In this document: one piece after another, positions 61,686 through 64,000 of the stretch | How the letters are laid out: each line of letters starts with the position of its first letter | How positions within the stretch are numbered: position 1 is the stretch's first letter | Virus record (IMG/VR): IMGVR_UViG_3300027733_000032 | Reading direction: 5' to 3' (one strand) | Origin: a virus | Length of the DNA stretch: 64,000 nucleotides | The notes under the pieces: model-generated | What the model saw: the letters and a program-made list of their open reading frames with translations, nothing else | The model's database searches: none | Told to the model about the DNA's origin: nothing | Translations under genes and position numbers: made by a program

Positions 61686-62352
61686 TACCTAAAGACCCTC
61701 CATTGTCAATCATGTCAAGAGACTGATTTTCACTATTTTCCAATATGAACGTACTGACAATCCATTTATCATTAGAAATTGGCACGCACCCTTGATGTGG
61801 ATGTGTCCAATATGCTGGAAATAATGCTATAGACCCAGCCTTGGCAGGCACATAGACGTCTTGCTGACGAAAATATGTTTCTCCCCCAGTATCTACGGTA
61901 TTGAGATAAACAACAGCACCAAGAATACGATTCAGGACAACGGTGGGGACCGGTCCACCATCAATATGCTCGCGATAAAACCCCTTACCCTTAATATATC
62001 TTTGCATCCTGAATCCCGTATCACACATTCCTGGCCATTCCCATAACCACTTGAATTGTTCCTGATAATACCCAACAGCAGAAAATATTGCGTTAGAAAC
62101 TTCTAGTTCATAGGAATAGAGTGGTTCTATTGGGACGTTCTTTTCGGCAAGATTTGAGGTAGACCAACTCATATCCATGGTATTTTTAATATTTGGCATA
62201 ACGCCGCTAAGGACTGGTCCTGGAGAGAATAATTTCTCGTAATACTTTGATGATTCTTCAATAATAGAAGAACAAATTTCTTCATTAAGAATATTTTCGG
62301 CAACCATAATTGCAGATGATTTACCTGCTGGCCAGCAAAATTCGATGGTCAT
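61669..62352 (-). CDS. 2OG-Fe(II) oxygenase (prolyl-4-hydroxylase-like)
   Basis: QRY..G..FY..H.D; YLN.V..GGET.F; FP..W.H.H.G.. Confidence 0.9.
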   Translation of the reverse strand: MTIEFCWPAGKSSAIMVAENILNEEICSSIIEESSKYYEKLFSPGPVLSGVMPNIKNTMDMSWSTSNLAEKNVPIEPLYSYELEVSNAIFSAVGYYQEQFKWLWEWPGMCDTGFRMQRYIKGKGFYREHIDGGPVPTVVLNRILGAVVYLNTVDTGGETYFRQQDVYVPAKAGSIALFPAYWTHPHQGCVPISNDKWIVSTFILENSENQSLDMIDNGGSLGNEHLL

Positions 62353-62367
62353 GACCGACCTTTCGGT

Positions 62368-62607
62368 TTAGTTTTGAGATAAAAACTTTTCGTAGACATT
62401 AAGAATGTCTCGCAGATGCATTTGCGCTGTATCGCTATAGGCTGAATTAGAAAAATCTGGTTGCCAAGAAAAAGAGCCATTAACTAACTCTAGGTCATCT
62501 GGGTCTACTCCTGCAAGTAAGACTGCAGTGAATAACTCTGTTTCTAGACGGCGGCGCGCTGTTTCTCTAGCAACAGTCTTTTGATTTTCTGTAATATTAA
62601 ATTCCAT
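62368..62607 (-). CDS. hypothetical protein
   Basis: ORF track; LE.ELF...L..G.DPD. Confidence 0.65.
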   Translation of the reverse strand: MEFNITENQKTVARETARRRLETELFTAVLLAGVDPDDLELVNGSFSWQPDFSNSAYSDTAQMHLRDILNVYEKFLSQN

Positions 62608-62616
62608 GTTAGAACC

Positions 62617-63432
62617 TCAGTCGTTTCGTCTCATTATTTTATCAACAAATGTTTTCTTTTGTGTGGCTAACTCTGAATCTGCGTCACGTTGCATTTTTTT
62701 ATATTTGCTTTTTTGTTTTTTGGGCATGAAGCCGCCTCCAAATCCTCTGTGTCTGAGGAGATTGTAGGCACTTGAGTTCCCCCATAGGAGTTCTGATTCT
62801 TTAGTTCTCTTAAATGGTATGACGTGCCACATTGGGCGTCCGATTTCAAGTTCAAAAGGCTCGTTAGTTAATACGTTAATAACCATATGTGCATTATGAT
62901 AATAATCTGTATTAACTACTGCTGGGAGCATTGTGTAGTTCGGATTTGGGTTCCAGAGTGGGGGTAGGAATAATGATGACCAACCTGGAGGAGTTTTTAC
63001 TAACCAAGGGTTGATGACTTTAATGTAATTTGATTCTTGAAGTTTCCGTGCTTTTGAAACAGGACATTCACCTGTTTGTGAATACATGAAACTTTCAATA
63101 CCAAAGTCGCCACAATCAGTAGTTAAATCAAATCTGGCATCCCAGTTTTTGCCATTCAAAGATGGGCGAATCATTAATTTTGCCCATAGGGGAATTGTAA
63201 AACCTGTTGCAAGATAGTCGGAGGTACCCGAGCATCTCTTCAAACTTCCATCTGAGCCACTTAATTCTTTCCACCATTCAGGCCAATTCCCATTATTGGC
63301 ATATGGACGACATGAATCATCCATCAAATTAGGGTCAACGCAAGAAAGAAACACTTGATTTTTCTTCAATTTTGGTAAATCATGAAAAATGTCCGGTTTA
63401 ACTATTTGCAGTTTTTCTGAGCGCTTCCGCAT
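62617..63432 (-). CDS. DUF6065-like beta-barrel protein
   Basis: P.WWK; K.C....DY...G..IP.W; K..NPW...TP.GWS.LF; PAVV.TD; start moved to MRKRSE. Confidence 0.7.
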   Translation of the reverse strand: MRKRSEKLQIVKPDIFHDLPKLKKNQVFLSCVDPNLMDDSCRPYANNGNWPEWWKELSGSDGSLKRCSGTSDYLATGFTIPLWAKLMIRPSLNGKNWDARFDLTTDCGDFGIESFMYSQTGECPVSKARKLQESNYIKVINPWLVKTPPGWSSLFLPPLWNPNPNYTMLPAVVNTDYYHNAHMVINVLTNEPFELEIGRPMWHVIPFKRTKESELLWGNSSAYNLLRHRGFGGGFMPKKQKSKYKKMQRDADSELATQKKTFVDKIMRRND

Positions 63433-64000
63433 GGTCCACCAATTTCTGGTTAATGAGTTCCGATGATATTTGTGAAATATTCTTTCTAGAAGATTCACGA
63501 GAATTGTATGCTTCCAATTGTATTGACGCAACTTCTTTATTAAGTACTCCCTGCCCTTGCGCTACATGCCACAAATGTGCTGGACCGAATAGTTCAAAAC
63601 CCGTTGATGGGATGTCGTGATGTTCTGGACATCTGGTATTCCATAATTCAAGGAGGTGTTGCAGAAGGGCAGGTTTTTCTGCTTTTTGCTGTTCCGCCCA
63701 CATAGGAGTATCACTCCTATCTGAAACATAATGAAGTGAAATCATACAAAGGATATTTTCCATGATTGAATCCATAACACGATGGTATTCCTTGATTCCG
63801 TATGTTCTTTCACGAGAAAAAGTTGGAAGATATGAGCAGATGAGGCGAGCCTGTTGGATTGTTGTAGAAATTGATGTTGCTTCAAGGGGTTCCACGAATG
63901 AGGCCGCCAACCCGACTGCAACACAATTATTTTTCCATGTAGTACTAAAATATCCTGATTTGAAATTGAGCGTTTTTGCTGGTTCTACTTCAAATCCATG
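63398..64000 (-). CDS. tryptophan-halogenase family flavoprotein, C-terminal part (runs off window end)
   Basis: Frame open to 64000; W.NNCVAVGLAASFVEPLEATSI motif. Confidence 0.88.
   Translation of the reverse strand, partial: HGFEVEPAKTLNFKSGYFSTTWKNNCVAVGLAASFVEPLEATSISTTIQQARLICSYLPTFSRERTYGIKEYHRVMDSIMENILCMISLHYVSDRSDTPMWAEQQKAEKPALLQHLLELWNTRCPEHHDIPSTGFELFGPAHLWHVAQGQGVLNKEVASIQLEAYNSRESSRKNISQISSELINQKLVDHAEALRKTANS

Noticed and set aside
1-64000. Diversity-generating retroelement, retron, transposase or integrase
   Set aside because: No reverse transcriptase (YxDD), DDE or tyrosine/serine recombinase motif recognised in any ORF.

Overview
This window is part of a large dsDNA bacteriophage genome, most likely infecting an Actinomycetota host (WhiB, DUF732 lipoprotein, KcsA-like channel, GAAC-N4-GTTC LexA-type boxes, leaderless genes). 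It splits into three parts. (1) 1-33.6 kb: about 95 small, mostly unknown genes diverging from a switch point at ~25.05 kb. They are driven by 30 copies of one promoter-like motif (class A, CAACTAAC-N11-ACCGATAN-N6-start) and 13 copies of a second (class B, RGGTTGY-N18-GTTCAMTG-N5-start). Twenty class A copies carry a perfect DnaA box (TTATCCACA) exactly 9 nt upstream. This part also holds a tRNA-Arg, at least two promoter-driven candidate ncRNAs, 43 copies of AGCCCCG with a left-to-right gradient, a strand-polar GACGGTGGYGGAAAG motif, and strong depletion of several 4-bp palindromes. (2) 33.6-34.8 kb: a non-coding hub with microsatellites, a G4-like tract, iteron-like repeats, ~15 clustered DnaA boxes and four tandem SOS-like boxes; palindrome avoidance stops here. 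(3) 34.8-64 kb: replication-initiation-like genes, a TauD dioxygenase, a macrodomain, a 1661-aa multidomain protein, WhiB, an HslV-like peptidase, a lysis cassette, a lectin/LCCL surface protein, tail-associated proteins and a modification-enzyme cluster. The best candidate for an undescribed system is the DnaA-box-coupled early-gene cassette array with its DnaA/LexA hub. All motif counts are manual and all protein family calls are from motif recognition, not database searches.
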